From IMG/VR virus record IMGVR_UViG_3300045988_096839: a DNA stretch of 64,000 nucleotides; one strand, 5' to 3'. This document shows, in pieces, positions 1 to 14,100 of the stretch. Position numbers and translations under genes: made by a program. The stretch's first letter is position 1, and each line of letters opens with the position of its first letter. Under the pieces are notes generated by a model, which saw only the letters and a program-made list of their open reading frames with translations, made no database searches and had not been told where the DNA came from. This DNA is from a virus.

Positions 1-62
1 GTTGTTCACGCGTACGTTATATACGTAAGTATACACCTACAGACAATCTTGCTTTTCTTCCA

Positions 63-335
63 ATGTTAATCGAAGATAAACAAATTAAGAATGCTAAGGA
101 AGTTGAAGAATTTATTAAAACTAAATTCAAATTACCATCAATTGATAATATCAATGCATTTTTAAATGAGATAAAAGAATTAGAAGATGAAGACCTTAGT
201 TTAGATGATATCATAAAATATATGAACATTAATTTAAACGATTCATCAACTCCGAATATTACTCCAGATACTGATTCTATATCTATAGCAATAGACGAAG
301 ACGACCTTGATGACTTACTTATGGAGGCAGCGTAA
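63..335 (+). CDS. hypothetical acidic protein, 90 aa
   Basis: Complete ATG..TAA ORF. Its stop overlaps the next start (TAATG at 333-337). Asp/Glu-rich, no family recognised, no TAG codon. Confidence 0.5.
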   Translation: MLIEDKQIKNAKEVEEFIKTKFKLPSIDNINAFLNEIKELEDEDLSLDDIIKYMNINLNDSSTPNITPDTDSISIAIDEDDLDDLLMEAA

Positions 336-1231
336 TGAAAATTTGTGGAATAAGTGATATTCATGGTAATTTATTAGAAAACGTCCCTGAATGCGATGTA
401 TTATGCATCGCAGGGGACGTAATTACCTTAAATGCTCAAAGAAATTTTGATGCATCGGAATATTGGTGGAAAAACCGATTTATTCCATGGGTAATGCAAT
501 TACCATGTAAAAAAGTAATAATTGTTCCTGGAAATCATGATTTCTATCTTGAAAATCTATATACAACAAATAGATGGGAAGAATTTTGTGATTACATGGC
601 AATAAATACTGAAGGAAAATTATATTTCCTTATTGATCAATCATTTGAATACGAAGGAATAAAATTCTATGGTACTCCATGGATTAATCCTATCGATTTT
701 CAAAGAAACAAATGGGCTTTCGAAAATTATGATTTTAATGACGATAACCCATACTCAAAAATACCAGAATGCGATGTTCTTATTACTCATGATTCTCCGA
801 TTAAAAATGAATTGCTTAATATAGAAAGTTGGTATAAATGTAAATATCATTTCTATGGTCATTGGCACGACGGGGAAAGTAAACCAAGCGAAGGAAAATA
901 CAATTGTTCTAGATTGAACGATTACTATAGTTTCAAAAAGAATTTTGAATTTCCTACAATAGATATTGATACAACTATGGAAAAAACTAAATATGAATTA
1001 TTACAAGAATTTGTAAATGAAATAAAAGAAACAGCAAAAGATTTCTTTGTTACATTTGATTCAGTAACTGAAGAAGATTTAAAAGTATTCAACAGTAAAA
1101 TTGATGAAACATTTATTAAATTCTTGGATAATCCACAAGATAAAGAAGATGAAATTCTTTGGACTGAATCTTCAGTAATTACTGACATGGATGGAAATAA
1201 TGAGGAGAGTATAGAAGATGAATACAAATAA
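335..1231 (+). CDS. calcineurin-like metallophosphoesterase, 298 aa
   Basis: Ordered motifs ISDIHGN, AGDV, PGNHD, ITHD and YGHWH match the D-x-H / GD / GNHD / H / GH signature of the metallophosphoesterase superfamily. Intact under the standard code. Confidence 0.8.
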   Translation: MKICGISDIHGNLLENVPECDVLCIAGDVITLNAQRNFDASEYWWKNRFIPWVMQLPCKKVIIVPGNHDFYLENLYTTNRWEEFCDYMAINTEGKLYFLIDQSFEYEGIKFYGTPWINPIDFQRNKWAFENYDFNDDNPYSKIPECDVLITHDSPIKNELLNIESWYKCKYHFYGHWHDGESKPSEGKYNCSRLNDYYSFKKNFEFPTIDIDTTMEKTKYELLQEFVNEIKETAKDFFVTFDSVTEEDLKVFNSKIDETFIKFLDNPQDKEDEILWTESSVITDMDGNNEESIEDEYK

Positions 1232-2222
1232 AATGGATATTTCAATTCCATATTACGAAGATAATTCGCGTATTTCTAACTCTGCCTTAGGTTGGTTTAT
1301 TAAATATGGACCACAATATCTTCGTAACATGTTAGATGGAAAAGAAGAAGGTTTAAAAGGTTCTTTCCTTGAAAAAGGTACTATGATTCATGAATATATT
1401 CTTCAACCAGATGAATTCTGGAAAGATTATATAATTCTTGATTTTGAAGTACCTAAAGTAAAACAACAAAAAGATTTATGTGAATGCTATGCACATTTAA
1501 TCGAAGTAGAACCTTTAGAGTCTAAAGAAACTTTAGCTTTAAAAGCATATCGTCAATCTTATTCTAATAGTAAGAAAGATGATGTAGTAAAAGAAGAAGC
1601 TTTAAAAATAATAGATACTTATTCTCAGTATATAGAATATTGTAAGAATAAGGATACTAAAAAGGTAATATCTTTTGCTGATTTAAATACGCTTAAAAAG
1701 ATTAAAGATAACATTAAAGAACACAAAAAGGCAAATGAATTATTATTCAATTTGCCTGACACATTTAAAGCGTATAACGAATTCCATATAAATTGGGAAG
1801 TACCGAAATACAATAACATAAAATGTAAATCTCTACTTGATAGAGTATGTTTTGACCACGTTAATAAGAAAATTATCTTAATTGACTTAAAAACAACACA
1901 AAATGTCTATAATTTTGCACATTCTGTAGAAGAATATGATTATTTTAGACAAATTGCATTTTATGGACTTGCAATACAATGGTATATGCAAGAGGTTTTA
2001 AATCTTAATTCTGAAGATTATGATTTTGAAGCCTATATTATTGCTATTGGAAAAGATAGTAATAATGAAATTAGAGTTTTTAATATGAATAAACAAGAGA
2101 TATTGAGTCAAAAAGTAGACCTAATATCAGAAACTCTCAAAGAAATATCATATCATATCAATTCAGGAAATTGGACTCATACTCGTAATTATTATGAGAA
2201 TGACGGAGTTGAAGAACTATGA
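1218..2222 (+). CDS. PD-(D/E)XK-type nuclease (RecB/Cas4-like exonuclease fold), 334 aa
   Basis: IILIDLKTT (D-x-K core) lies between GTMIHEYIL and QIAFYG. Overlaps the upstream gene by 14 nt; an alternative in-frame ATG sits at 1233. The TGA stop overlaps the next ATG (ATGA at 2219-2222). Confidence 0.5.
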   Translation: MNTNKMDISIPYYEDNSRISNSALGWFIKYGPQYLRNMLDGKEEGLKGSFLEKGTMIHEYILQPDEFWKDYIILDFEVPKVKQQKDLCECYAHLIEVEPLESKETLALKAYRQSYSNSKKDDVVKEEALKIIDTYSQYIEYCKNKDTKKVISFADLNTLKKIKDNIKEHKKANELLFNLPDTFKAYNEFHINWEVPKYNNIKCKSLLDRVCFDHVNKKIILIDLKTTQNVYNFAHSVEEYDYFRQIAFYGLAIQWYMQEVLNLNSEDYDFEAYIIAIGKDSNNEIRVFNMNKQEILSQKVDLISETLKEISYHINSGNWTHTRNYYENDGVEEL

Positions 2223-2737
2223 GAGATTATTTAAATAAAGCTTTACTTTTAATACCTCTTATTGCAAAAGAAAACGAAACAATGCAAAAATGGATAACAC
2301 CAGGATTCATTGGAGCATACTATAAAGACACAAATAAACCTCAATGGGAAGAAAAAATCATAATGGTATTCAATATTAGAGAAATGAACATACGTCCAAT
2401 ATTAAATTGGAATAATTCAGAATACCGTTATGAAACTTATTCAGAAGAACACAATGGTAAGATATACAATATTTTTGCATATCAAATACCACCAAAATAT
2501 AAAAAAGATTTCAACTTAATAACAAGTGGAAATTATTCAAAAGTATCTTTACAAGTAAAATCGTTAATAACGAATTTTTATTTCAAATCGAAAAAAGGAA
2601 AAACAAATCCTTTATACGAAATGGTAGAAAAGATACTTTATCCGCCAATAACGGAAACTTTAACGAAGAAACGGGAATATACTGGCGCTTTCGGGGGGAA
2701 GCAGATATTAAATATCAACCAGGTCCCGTTGAGTTAA
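2219..2737 (+). CDS. hypothetical protein, 172 aa
   Basis: Complete ATG..TAA ORF coupled to the upstream gene and followed by a terminator hairpin. No family recognised. Confidence 0.5.
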   Translation: MRDYLNKALLLIPLIAKENETMQKWITPGFIGAYYKDTNKPQWEEKIIMVFNIREMNIRPILNWNNSEYRYETYSEEHNGKIYNIFAYQIPPKYKKDFNLITSGNYSKVSLQVKSLITNFYFKSKKGKTNPLYEMVEKILYPPITETLTKKREYTGAFGGKQILNINQVPLS

Positions 2738-2738
2738 T

Positions 2739-2776
2739 AAAAAAGGGTGTGATTTATTCACACCCTTTATTTTTTT
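2739..2776. terminator. bidirectional rho-independent terminator between the convergent gene blocks
   Basis: gggtgtga (2745-2752) / tttat / tcacaccc (2758-2765): an 8-bp stem flanked by an A-run (2739-2744) and tttattttttt (2766-2776). It sits between the plus-strand stop at 2737 and the minus-strand stop at 2818. Confidence 0.7.
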
Positions 2777-2817
2777 CCAAAATAAACAAACTGATTAACC
2801 ATCTATGAGTTCGATCA

Positions 2818-5800
2818 TTAATTCTTTTTAGCCAAAAAGTCGAACTCATATTGAATATTCTCTAAACGACTAAGCTGTCTATAGATAGGAATCATTTGTC
2901 CAATAGAATATAACAATTTATTTTCCCCATCATTTTTACCAGTAGTATATACATCTGTAGGATGCCATAATCGGTCATACAATCGACCTAAATTATCCAC
3001 AGCAGACATAACTGGAAACGGATTCTGAATAATCTGTGTAAATGACCAAGGATTAAAATAAAATGAAAAATCGGTATAAACACGATATAATTGATAAGCT
3101 ATGTTCATATAAACAATATCAATACCTTCATCGTCATCACCTTCAGCCAATCCTCTAAATACATTAGATAATACATAAGCTGATATAACAAGTATCAATT
3201 CTGTAATTGATTTTTTCAAATTATTTTTTTCATCGGTTGTTAACTAATTCCATCTTAAAGCAGTACGTTTATCTCTATCCAATTGTTTACCTAAAGCAAT
3301 TTTGATATTATCAATAGCAGGATTATAAAACATTTCTTTACTTATTCTAAGTAATGTACTGTGATATCCTTCAATCCATTCACCACGAATATTATCGTAA
3401 TATCGTTTGCTAAAACGTCTTTGGAATGAAGTATAAATCCATTTACGGAACATAAGTAATAATTTACCCCATATGTACTATTGTATAGCAACAGCCCATC
3501 TACTATTATAGTTACCGTGCATACCCATTAAAGTAGATCTTACTCCCATACTGAACTCATTCATTCTTTTTTCATCAAAATTGGCTACTTTATCGTCTAC
3601 AACTAATTCTCCGTTTTTATTAAAACTAAGATAATCAATCATACTACCTAACTCATTACCATTTTTATCTATAGCTTTTAATTTGTATAAAGCTGCTAAT
3701 AAAAATCTTGTTTGAGTTAATCTTTCACCAATATTAGTAGTCCAGTAAGCAGCATCTGTAGTAAATAGTCTTTGTACTCCTTTTGCTCTTAAATTAGGAT
3801 CTCCTGCTTCATAAATACCAAACCAATCCACTAATTGATTTACAAAATCTTCTGGTACTCTTCTACCAATATCAGCTAACATACTACCTGATATAAGATG
3901 TTGCCCAAACAATTTACTAGCTTTTAACATCGATTTATGGTCTATCCAACGACTACCAAAAGCTTCAACAAACTGATTTAATTCTGCAACAGTTAAGTTA
4001 TTAATCATACTGATGTAGTTGACACCCATAACACGCATAGAATAATATTTCATTATTGTTTTGGCAAGTTTATCTACAGATATGTTACCAATTTCGGTAT
4101 TAGTACGAATTTGATTACCGTAGAACACCTGATCCAACCATGAAGCAAATAATTTATATGTGTTTTCAGATTTGGTAACAGCTTTTTCTTGTTTACCTTG
4201 TAATTTACTTAGGATTGAAACATTTTGTGTTTCAGTAGATCTATTCTTCAATATTTCTGCTGTCATTAACATAAAATCTTCAATCTAAAGTTTTGCTTGA
4301 TGCTCTAATGCGCTGTGTAACCATCTTGCATAAATAGTAGGTAAATCAAATGATTGTAAATCCAAATTCAATCTTTGATTATAAAACAAAGGAATTTGAT
4401 TTACTACGTTACCATTCATATCGGTAAATACTTGTCCAGTCATAGCATCATCTTCTACTAGCATAGAAGCTTCTTTTGCATACTGAACAACTCCGTCTTT
4501 AACACCTTTTACACCATCTTCTGATACTCTTTCTACAAATTCTTTACGTATACCAGGTAATCGATAATTCAATTGTAATCTTGAAGATACACCTTTATCA
4601 CCAATATCATTAAGTTGTTTAAACATCTCCCATAATCGATATTTTACATCATTACTTTGTTTTAATTTCTATAAATTATCATATTTCTTATTAGGATATT
4701 TTGAACTGTTTATAACACGATATTGTTCTAACAAATCATCATATGCTTCATTTATACGATCGAACTGTTCCAGACTAATGATATTTTTATCTCTAAAATA
4801 TTTCCAAGATTTCTTATCTTTACCTTCTGCTCTTATATTCTTTAGTATTTTATTTTTATCACTGTCTTTTAAGTCTGATACTATTTCTTTAACAGCTTGT
4901 TCAAATTCAAACAACAATCCTTCTTTATCAATAATTGGCGCATTTTCGTCATACCATTTTTCAATGGCTTCTTGTCTCTACTAAAAAGTAAGTGAATGGT
5001 CGTTGTTTAATTCCGTGAACATTTTTCTTCGAGCTACTACAAAAGAGTTAGGCACCTCATTAACAAGATATGCTTGACCATCTACGATTTCGATCATATC
5101 GTCGTATAACTTTCTATGATCTGACCAGTTACCACCTTTATATTTTTTCTCATATTCGTCAGTCAATTTTATCATTTGACGAACTAATACTTGATATTTA
5201 TGATCAGCCTGTTGTGTTTTCTCATCAAATATTTTTACGGCTGCTTGAACAAATGGATCTCTTGCTTGAAAAACATTACCAATATTTGCAGCAATTGTAC
5301 TACATTCAAATATATCATCGGCAACTCGTTTCTGACGATTCAACCACGTTGCAGTCTCCTCATCAATTTTATCACGTATTTCTTCTATTTTATTATCGAC
5401 CCATTTTTTCATATCTTTTTCATCTACTCGACGATTATTTTCTTTATATTGCCTTTCGAACTCTAATCGATAATTTGCTTCTATGTTTTTAACATAAGGT
5501 GTTACTGCGTCCATATATAATCTTGAACCAATATCCTTATACGATGATATTATAGATCTTTGTAAAGTAGTTACCTCTTTGATAGAATCTGTTAATGTTT
5601 CGTATTCTTCTTCTGTAAAGAATGATTTAAATCTCTAAACGAAACCAGCAATATCATCAACCATATTAAACGATAAAGCCAAATCTCGATAGTTTCTAAG
5701 ATATACCAAATCCCATGTTACTGGTTCAGCATTTCTTTTACTTTCTTGAGTGTATTTTCTATCTATTTGTTTATATACTCTAGATAATTGGTCTATAGCA

Positions 5801-8196
5801 GTAATTAGATACTGCATCATAGCTTGAGCTTCAGATGCATTACCTATCTAATCTATTTGATATTCTATAGTTTTAGCCTAACTACGTCTACCAGCTCTTC
5901 TTTCAATCTGAGCTTTATTCTACAAAGATTTAAGAATATCACTTATTATTTCTCTAGCAATATTCATTCTACTTTGCGCATATTCTTGGTTAAGTTTATC
6001 ATCTTGTTCTCCAAAAACTTTAGTCTTTATATCATATTCCACTGCTTTTTGTCTTTGGATATGAAATACTCCTAATTTTGGATCAACTTCAAAACTACCC
6101 ATCTTCTTACTAAAGAAAGCCTATTCTACAGTTTGTGTTTTACTATTATATTTATATACTATAGGAATAATACCTCTTTCATCAATTTGAACACCATAAC
6201 TATTCAGTATATGTTCATATGCACCTAACTGAAAATCATAAGCGTTTGTAGCAGTTTTAGCACCATTCTTTGACTTATTTACATAAGAGAATCCCCATAA
6301 ACGTTTACCATCTTTATTTTCAGTCTTACCGTCAAGTTCTATACATTTTGTTTTATAGTCAAATATTGCAAATTTACCAGTTTTTTTATTCTTTAATAGT
6401 AAGTCAGTAGTACCAGCTACACCTTTTTCAAAATCAGCAAGTATTGCTTCTGTTGCTACTAATTCGTAATTTTCTGATATATTCTTATATATTTGCTCTA
6501 ACTATTGTAATGCTTTAGAACTCAAAGCTGCTTGTCTTAATTTTCCAGTAGAAACATTTATAATAGATTTCATAAACGCTTCACGACGATAGGAGCCATT
6601 GAACATGCTTTCCAATACAGCATGAATAGTTGTACCTATTATTCTAGAATCATCATTATACGATCTTTGATTTTCACTAATATCTGAATCATCGTATACC
6701 GAATATAAAAGATTCTACTTAAATGTTGATACAGCTGTAAGTGGCTATCCATTGTACATATAAGTATGAGTATCGTCATCGAACTGTATCTTATTCGCTA
6801 TTTCTTGTAGTATTGCTCTTACTTTATTTATGTCTTTTACTCTGTCAGAAGCCTTCTAAAAGTAAATCTGCCCTTCTTTTACAATTTGTTGAAAAATGCC
6901 TGATTTTTTAGCTAAATCTTTTCTTTGTAAAAAAGAATTAGTCAACTACATCTACAATGCTAACTTCATTATAGGTTGACCATTAACTACTGCTTTTATA
7001 TATTGCCATAATTTTTTCCAAAAACCGTAAGCGTCACCTTTTTGTTTAACAACCTACTCACCAATAGCTTGTACTAATGCTTCTTCACTATCATACTTTT
7101 GTATAGCTTTTTGTACTATAGGCGTTTCTCTAAACATTTCGATGTATCTGTGAGCATATTCGTGTGGAAGAGTATCCGCTTGATAGTTATCAGATAACAT
7201 TATAGTAATTGCTTCCAAATCAGTAGTATCTATTCTACCGTATTCACCTTCTGGTAAATTCTGATGCCATAATACAGTTATTTCTGGAAATAATCTTGCC
7301 AAAGTATCAGCAATATGTTTAAACGTTCTATCTGTTATAGCATCTCTTGGAATATATGTTTTATTTTCTTTTGTTTGATGATAAACTTTTTTATTAGAAT
7401 CTGGTATAATATTACTATATTCGATCAACGGCTCTCCGTTTTCATCAACGGTTTTGGATATATTACTGTTTTTCTACCATATAGGAATATTGATTTTATC
7501 ACCAGATTTTTTCTTAGATACTTGTCTTTCACCAACTTTAGAAAACTATTCAAATTTACCAAACTTATTTAAAGCGTATATACCATCTTCTGATAATTCT
7601 CCCCAAGTAGAGACCATAGAACCTCCAGGAATAAGATTTATTAACTATTTCCAAAGTATTTTACGTTCTTCGTAAGTAGAAGGTATTGAAGTTTCCCCTC
7701 TAGATGTGGTTAAACTTCCAGTTTTTTCAGTAGATGTTTTAAAATGAACAGAATAAAAATTATCTTCGTTGTCTTTAACCAATTCAAAATAACCTTTTTC
7801 ATGTTGATCTTTTAGATAAATTTTAACGGCTCTATTTACTTTATTCGGATCATTTTTCCAAGGTTTTGGATATTCTTCAATATCAACTAAATTGTAATCA
7901 ACTTTATTTTTATTAAATATATCATTAGACACATTCAACCAATCACCAAACCAATTTCTAAACTCGTCTGTAAACGTTTTAGCTTTAGCCCGAATAGCTA
8001 ATACTCTATCACCGTTAAAATGGTTTAGAAGGTCTGAAAACAGCTTAGAAGGCTATCCATTGGGTGCAAATTCCAGACCATAACCATTATTTTCTGACAG
8101 AACATAGTAGGCAGCGCTTTCGCTGCCCAATATGTCTGTATATTCATCCAGTTGTTTTTTAACTTCTGGATTTTTTCTTAATAAACATGTTGCCAT
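2818..8196 (-). CDS. giant virion-associated protein with zincin-like HExxH motif, 1,792 codons, 21 in-frame TAG
   Basis: Track ORFs 2818..3219 through 7645..7938 share one frame (coordinate mod 3 = 1) and every junction is cta (TAG). I walked 5515-5634, 5821-5919, 6103-7053, 7429-7644 and 7939-8196 codon by codon and met no TAA/TGA. ATG at 8194-8196 is preceded by GGAG (8207-8210). True stop is TAA at 2818-2820. It lies directly downstream of the RNAP-motif gene, the position taken by packaged or ejected proteins in crAss-like phages. Confidence 0.8.
7150..7164 (-). other. HEYAH (HExxH) putative zinc-metalloprotease motif
   Basis: The reverse complement of 7150-7164 is CAC GAA TAT GCT CAC. 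Context is DTLPHEYAHRYIEMF. Confidence 0.5.
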
Positions 8197-8198
8197 AA

Positions 8199-11100
8199 TT
8201 ATTTACACTCCTTTTCTCTTTTCTTACCATTTTCAGTAAGGTTCTTCTAATCAGTTTCAGTAATAATATTAGATGTTTTATTATTGGTAGTTTTATTATC
8301 TGCTGTTTGCATATCATCGTTGTTTGCAGTAATTAATAATACCTATGCACTAAACGGAGAATTACCATTTTCATCATTGTATTTTGTATCCATTGGACTT
8401 ACAAATCCTGCAGGTTTTGCACTTTCTAAGAACTGAACATTTTTTGGGAACGCGTCTATAATTTTCTGCATTTGTTCTTTAGATGCACTACCGATTACTG
8501 CTACTTTAGCTTTAGGATAATTCAACTTACCTTTAATAGAATTAAAATGTATGAATTGTTTATCTTTAAATTCGCTATACTTAACCATATTAGAAGCTTC
8601 TCTAGACGCATTACCATCATCTACATAAACAACAATATCAGCAGCATCTATTGTAGCTAAATCAGCTTTACCGTTTCCTAATTTACTTAATAATTGAGAG
8701 AAATCCATAGAATCAGTAACAGGTATAGCTTTGTTTACTAATGTTTCATACTTCTTGTTTTCTTTCAAAGTAAGATCGATATCTTGTGAATTACTAAAGT
8801 GATCTTCAGATTCGTATAACAATGATTTTACTTTACCATCTTGTACATAACCATCTGATCTTACTGCATAAGCTTGGAATTTAAAATTACGATAACCTAA
8901 TCTTCCTATTTTGTAATATACTGGATTAACATAAGTATTACCATCAGCAGATTTAGATGTTATCATATCTCCAATCTTATACAAATCATATAAACCAAGT
9001 TTGTTTTTAACTTTAACGTATTTTGCGTATAAACCAGTGCTAAAACTTACTAATTTATTAGAACCTTTCTTAATAATAAGAATATTATTATCTCCACTTA
9101 CAGGGAAAGATCTATTATATATCTTACTATTAGAAATATCTTTAGCAAAATCATCATCGAATTGAGCCATCATTAACTCAGCAACTTCGATTATGTCATC
9201 GTTAACAACACTATCTGGTTTAGATAAGTTATTCATAAGATTTTCAACATAGTTGTTGTACGTTACTCCATTTACTTCCAAATTAGCTAACAACCTAGGT
9301 GGAACCAAATCAAATATACTTGTTTTAGTTAAACCTGATGCATTAGTATCTGTACCACCAGTTATAAAGAACATGTAAACTGCCAAATCTTTAGCGTATT
9401 GTTGCAATTTAGCATCATCACTCTCATACAACTCTTGCCAAGCTTGAGTTATGTTTGCTTTGATATCAGTATCATCGCTAACTGCGCTATTAACATTAAA
9501 GAACTTAGGCGACCCAGTAGTTGTTCTAGCTGGTTTCAACATATCAAACAGAATTTTACCTGTATTAGTATATTCAGCTAATTGTTTCATTTCGTTGAAT
9601 CTATCAACTACTGTGTTATCTCCAGCAAGAAATTCTTTTAACGGTAATTGACTATTACTAAATTGTTTAGCAATATAAGCATTAAAGAATGTACTCAGTA
9701 AAGCAGTTCTTAATCTTTGACTAAAGCGTTTAACTTGCATTTTACCGTATGCTCCATAAATACCATATCGTTTAGATATTTTATCTATAGTATTCACATA
9801 ACCTGGTGAGAATTCAAGTAATACTTTACTAAATATATTAAACAACGCTTTTACACCGAAATCGTATTTCTCACCTAAGAATGTTTTATCAAACAAATCT
9901 TGAGGATTACTGAATGTAGTATTATATTCAGAAGAGAATTGTTCGTGAGATTGCATAAACTTAATGATATCATTTGCACTAATACCGTATTTACCAGTAT
10001 CAATCTGTGCAGCATTTACCATTGTTCTATAATCACCAGACATTCTCTTAAGATACAAGAACGTATTCAAATATCTAATTTGTTGTTTATACCATTCTTC
10101 AGAGTCTGTTTTCTTGATATTGTTTCTAAGATTCTAAGCGCTCATTTCTTCTGGAGTAGCCTTATCGTTAGGATCATATACATAATCGTCTGGTAATTTA
10201 TCCACGTAATTCTTTATAATTTCCTGTAAATAATTTTCACCAGAAGCTCGTTCAGCATCAACACCTACTTGACCTTTCTTAAGATCTACATAGTTGTCTG
10301 CAACTTCACAAATTATAGGTTGTCCTAACAAGTAATAAGTATCGTTACCCATACCGCAAGATATTAACATTGATACGATATCAAACGTAAAGTCATTTAC
10401 ATTCATTCGACCAATATAGTTATCCTTAACGGCATCCACGAACGCATTAATCAATGCAGATGTACTATCTACAATACTTTCACCATTTCTATCAAATATT
10501 CTAGGAATACCATTATCTTCCAAAGACAATCCTAAACTATTCAGATAATCGTTATCTTGTAATTTTATAGATGCCATCTGTATAAACGCTCTAACAACGT
10601 TATTCAACGCCATAGGACCGATACCAGCACTAGAACCTGCATTTTTAGTACGTTGCTCTATCTAGAATACAGGATTTAAGAACCATCCACCTTTTTTAGT
10701 TCTAGGATCTTTTGATACACCTTTCAAGTTGTCTATATCGTCTTTGATTGCTCTCAACGGGTCTGTTGTAACATCCAAAGGAGTAACAGTATCAACTCTA
10801 TGATGTTCATTGGTAAGTATTAAGAAATATATATCAAGTAGCACGTTCTGTAACTATTCGATTGACACAGAATCATCATTTAAATGATTTAACAAATTAT
10901 TCAAATTATAATCTATTTTCTGTGCTTTACCATCTTTTATTTTAACATTTGGTCTAGACAAGAACATCTTATCGATATCGAAGTCAGAACCAGTTAATGC
11001 AGTAATATCTGATGGGAACATTATAATATCACCTCTTTGTGGTTCAAATACGTCTACTACCTTAATAGGAATAGTTGAGTTCTGACCCTGAGTAGGTACA

Positions 11101-14100
11101 CGATATGATAAAGCAAACAATATACCTTGATTATCCAAAAGGAATTGTCTTTGAACGTCGAATGATTCGTTCTGTAATCCTGCTTCTTTTATTATATCTT
11201 CAAACAAACTTATAGATAATTTTACTTCCATAAAACCATCTTCATTATATGATTTAAGTTTGCTATCAGCAGACATCTTATTTTTCAAGATGTTATCATA
11301 ACCTACACTAGATACCTGGAATAATGGTTTACCTGGAGTCATAATCTTAATGACTGTCTTTTCCATCAAAGCTATGATTCGAGACTATATCCAGTTTATA
11401 TTAGGTAATGCTGAAGGATGTATAACATATTCACCATCTACAGCTGATAAAGCATCCATCATTTCAGGAGTAGCACCTTGAGTAGAAGCCATATCTTGTA
11501 CAGCAGACATGAATTTTTCTTTATTTACATCAAAAGTATTAGGATCGATACCAAATTTTCCGCAGAAAGTTTTATAACCTCTTAATGTCAAAGCATCCAA
11601 TACTTGCTGATAAATTCTTAACAGTTTATCTCCTTTTACCTATACACCGTTAAGTTTATAAGTATGTTTACGGTCAGTATTTAATATAACTACTTTCATA
11701 AACTGGGTAAGTAAAGCAGCTTTGTTATGTTTATGAGGATCAGTATTTAACTGTTTACCAAAGTTTTCAAATTCCTGCATTTGTTTTGGAGCATTTCTGA
11801 ATGCTTCTTTGTCGATTTTACCGTCTTTATCATATAATTCAAAACTAGGTATATTTCCAGTCTTAGTACAGCTTTCCATCTTCATGAAATCAGTTTGTGT
11901 TTCTTTCATTAAATCATAAACGTCTCTCATGTCATGTTCATCTGCAAATATTTTAAATATTGGAGAAGCAGAAAGCTTATCGTATATTTTAAATATATCT
12001 TGACTAGAACTGTTAGCATCATTACCAAAGAATACATATTTTAATGAGCCCCATATATAATTTCTAGTAAATCCTAATATTTGACCACGATATTCTTTTG
12101 GAGAAATTTCACCAGATTTAAATTTGTTAAATAAATCTTCAATAGATGCAGTATCAATGTTTAATTGTTGCATCATATTTGCATATTCTGTAGGATTTAT
12201 TTTCTTTATTACATCTAGTTCATCATAATGTTCCAATAAGTCGTATGCGTATTCATCTTTAATGGACCATTCTCCTTGACGCTGTTTTAACTATCTGTAC
12301 ATCTCAGCAGATACCCACGATTGTGCATCAGTCGGATCAATACTACGATACTTAATCAATCTGATATAAGCGTTATCTGTAACTGCTTTAGCCAACTGTT
12401 CGTCAGTAAGTGGTTCACCTTTTTCGTTTACACCATAAGTTCTACGTTGATCTCTATGTTCTAGATATCTTTGAACAAGTTCACCTTTTTTAGCTTGTGG
12501 TATAAGATTTCCTTTACTGTCTAGCAGTTTCTTATAATTCAAACAATTATATTTTACTTTTCCGTCAAGTGTTTCAGGGACATTCAAACTTTCATCAAAT
12601 GCATCTACACCTAAGAATGTTTTTGCTTCACGCTTAAATTTATCCAAATCGTCCACAGGAGTAGTATTTACTTCTATAACACGATATTCTGAAGCATCGT
12701 ACAATCTATCTTCAGCGAAAGCATTAACTATTGTTCCTTTACCGTTTTTCATTGCAACTGTAGATGTTTGCGCAGAATAACGTTTGTTTACAGCATCAAT
12801 ATCTTTGTATTGAGCTTTATCACCAGAAACAAGTTTTTCAAATTCTAGGTTATCACACATGTTGTTCATAACAAAGTATGCTACAGCTCTCATTATGTCC
12901 GAACTACTTAACTTCTTATTACCTGCTGGGTTTATTTTCTTATTATCAAGAATTACATTTTCCGGTAATAATTTATTCTATAGTTCCATCTGACCCAACG
13001 ATTCAACGGGATTATATCCAGATATTATTTCTTTTGTATCTAAGAAATCCAATACCTGACGTATATTCCATTCCAACATATTTTCGATATATTGCTTTAC
13101 TTCATCACGATTTAACCATTGTTCTATTTCAGTATTAGTAGTTGATGCTGATATCTTGAAGCCATCTAACAAGTCGTTGAAATGTCTTGATTTGTACCCA
13201 TTGTTTTTAGGAGAAACCAAATTTATACCAAAATTACGAACAGTAAATGTTCCATCTGGGTTCTTTATAGGATCACCACCTTTTTTACTATAGTGATAAG
13301 CTAATCGTAAATTTACAAGAAGTGGAGCAACATCTGGTCTCTTAAACAAAGCTTCTTGTTCTTCTTGACTCATTGCAGATATAGATTCTGCTGTGTATTT
13401 TTTACCAGTAGCTTTGTTTACAGCGTTAACGAAGTTATCTCTAACGATATATGCTTCCCTTATGGCTTCTAATTCAGATCTAAAGTATCCTCTGAAAGTA
13501 TCAACAGCGTTCTGAGTAACCATGAATTTATAACCTATCTTCTGAATAGGACATTCTTCCATAGGAATACTATCTATGATGTACTGTGTCTTTTTATTAG
13601 CAAGTTCAGGTATACTATGGTAATTAGACAATGCTGTCGTGAAACGATTTAACATATCTTCTGTACCAGTAATACCCAAGAAGTCATTACTATTAAAATA
13701 ATCACTATCATTCACTGTACCAACAAAAGTACGCAATATAGGATAATTCTTCTTAGCTATAAAAGATAACCATTTTGAACCACGATATTTAACTTTCTTT
13801 CCATCCAAGAACTCCTTGGTATAAGGATTATTTGTAAATCTTTTTATGAAATCATTGTTAAATATTAATCTGTTAAAGAATCTAGTAACGTGATTATACT
13901 GACCAATAATATATGCAGTAGCACCCCCTGCTATTCTTACTGTGTCGTTTTTAGCACTACCTAAGCCTTCACTAGCTAATTGTTCCATTAATAAGAACAA
14001 TAAAGTATTATTATCAGGATTAAATTGATCATTAACGATACTACTTATTTCTTGTTTAGATGTTAACAATCGTTTAGCGAATAGTGAATTCTTCATTTTA

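Noticed and set aside
5070-5492. Plus-strand ORFs antisense to the large minus-strand genes (e.g. 5070..5492, 5191..5466, 9900..10196, 17317..17631, 19407..19664, 44156..45411 group, 56065..56479, 61073..61294)
   Set aside because: Their translations are low-complexity and Phe/Ile/Leu/Ser-rich, typical of the antisense of AT-rich coding DNA. They overlap long coherent recoded frames on the other strand.
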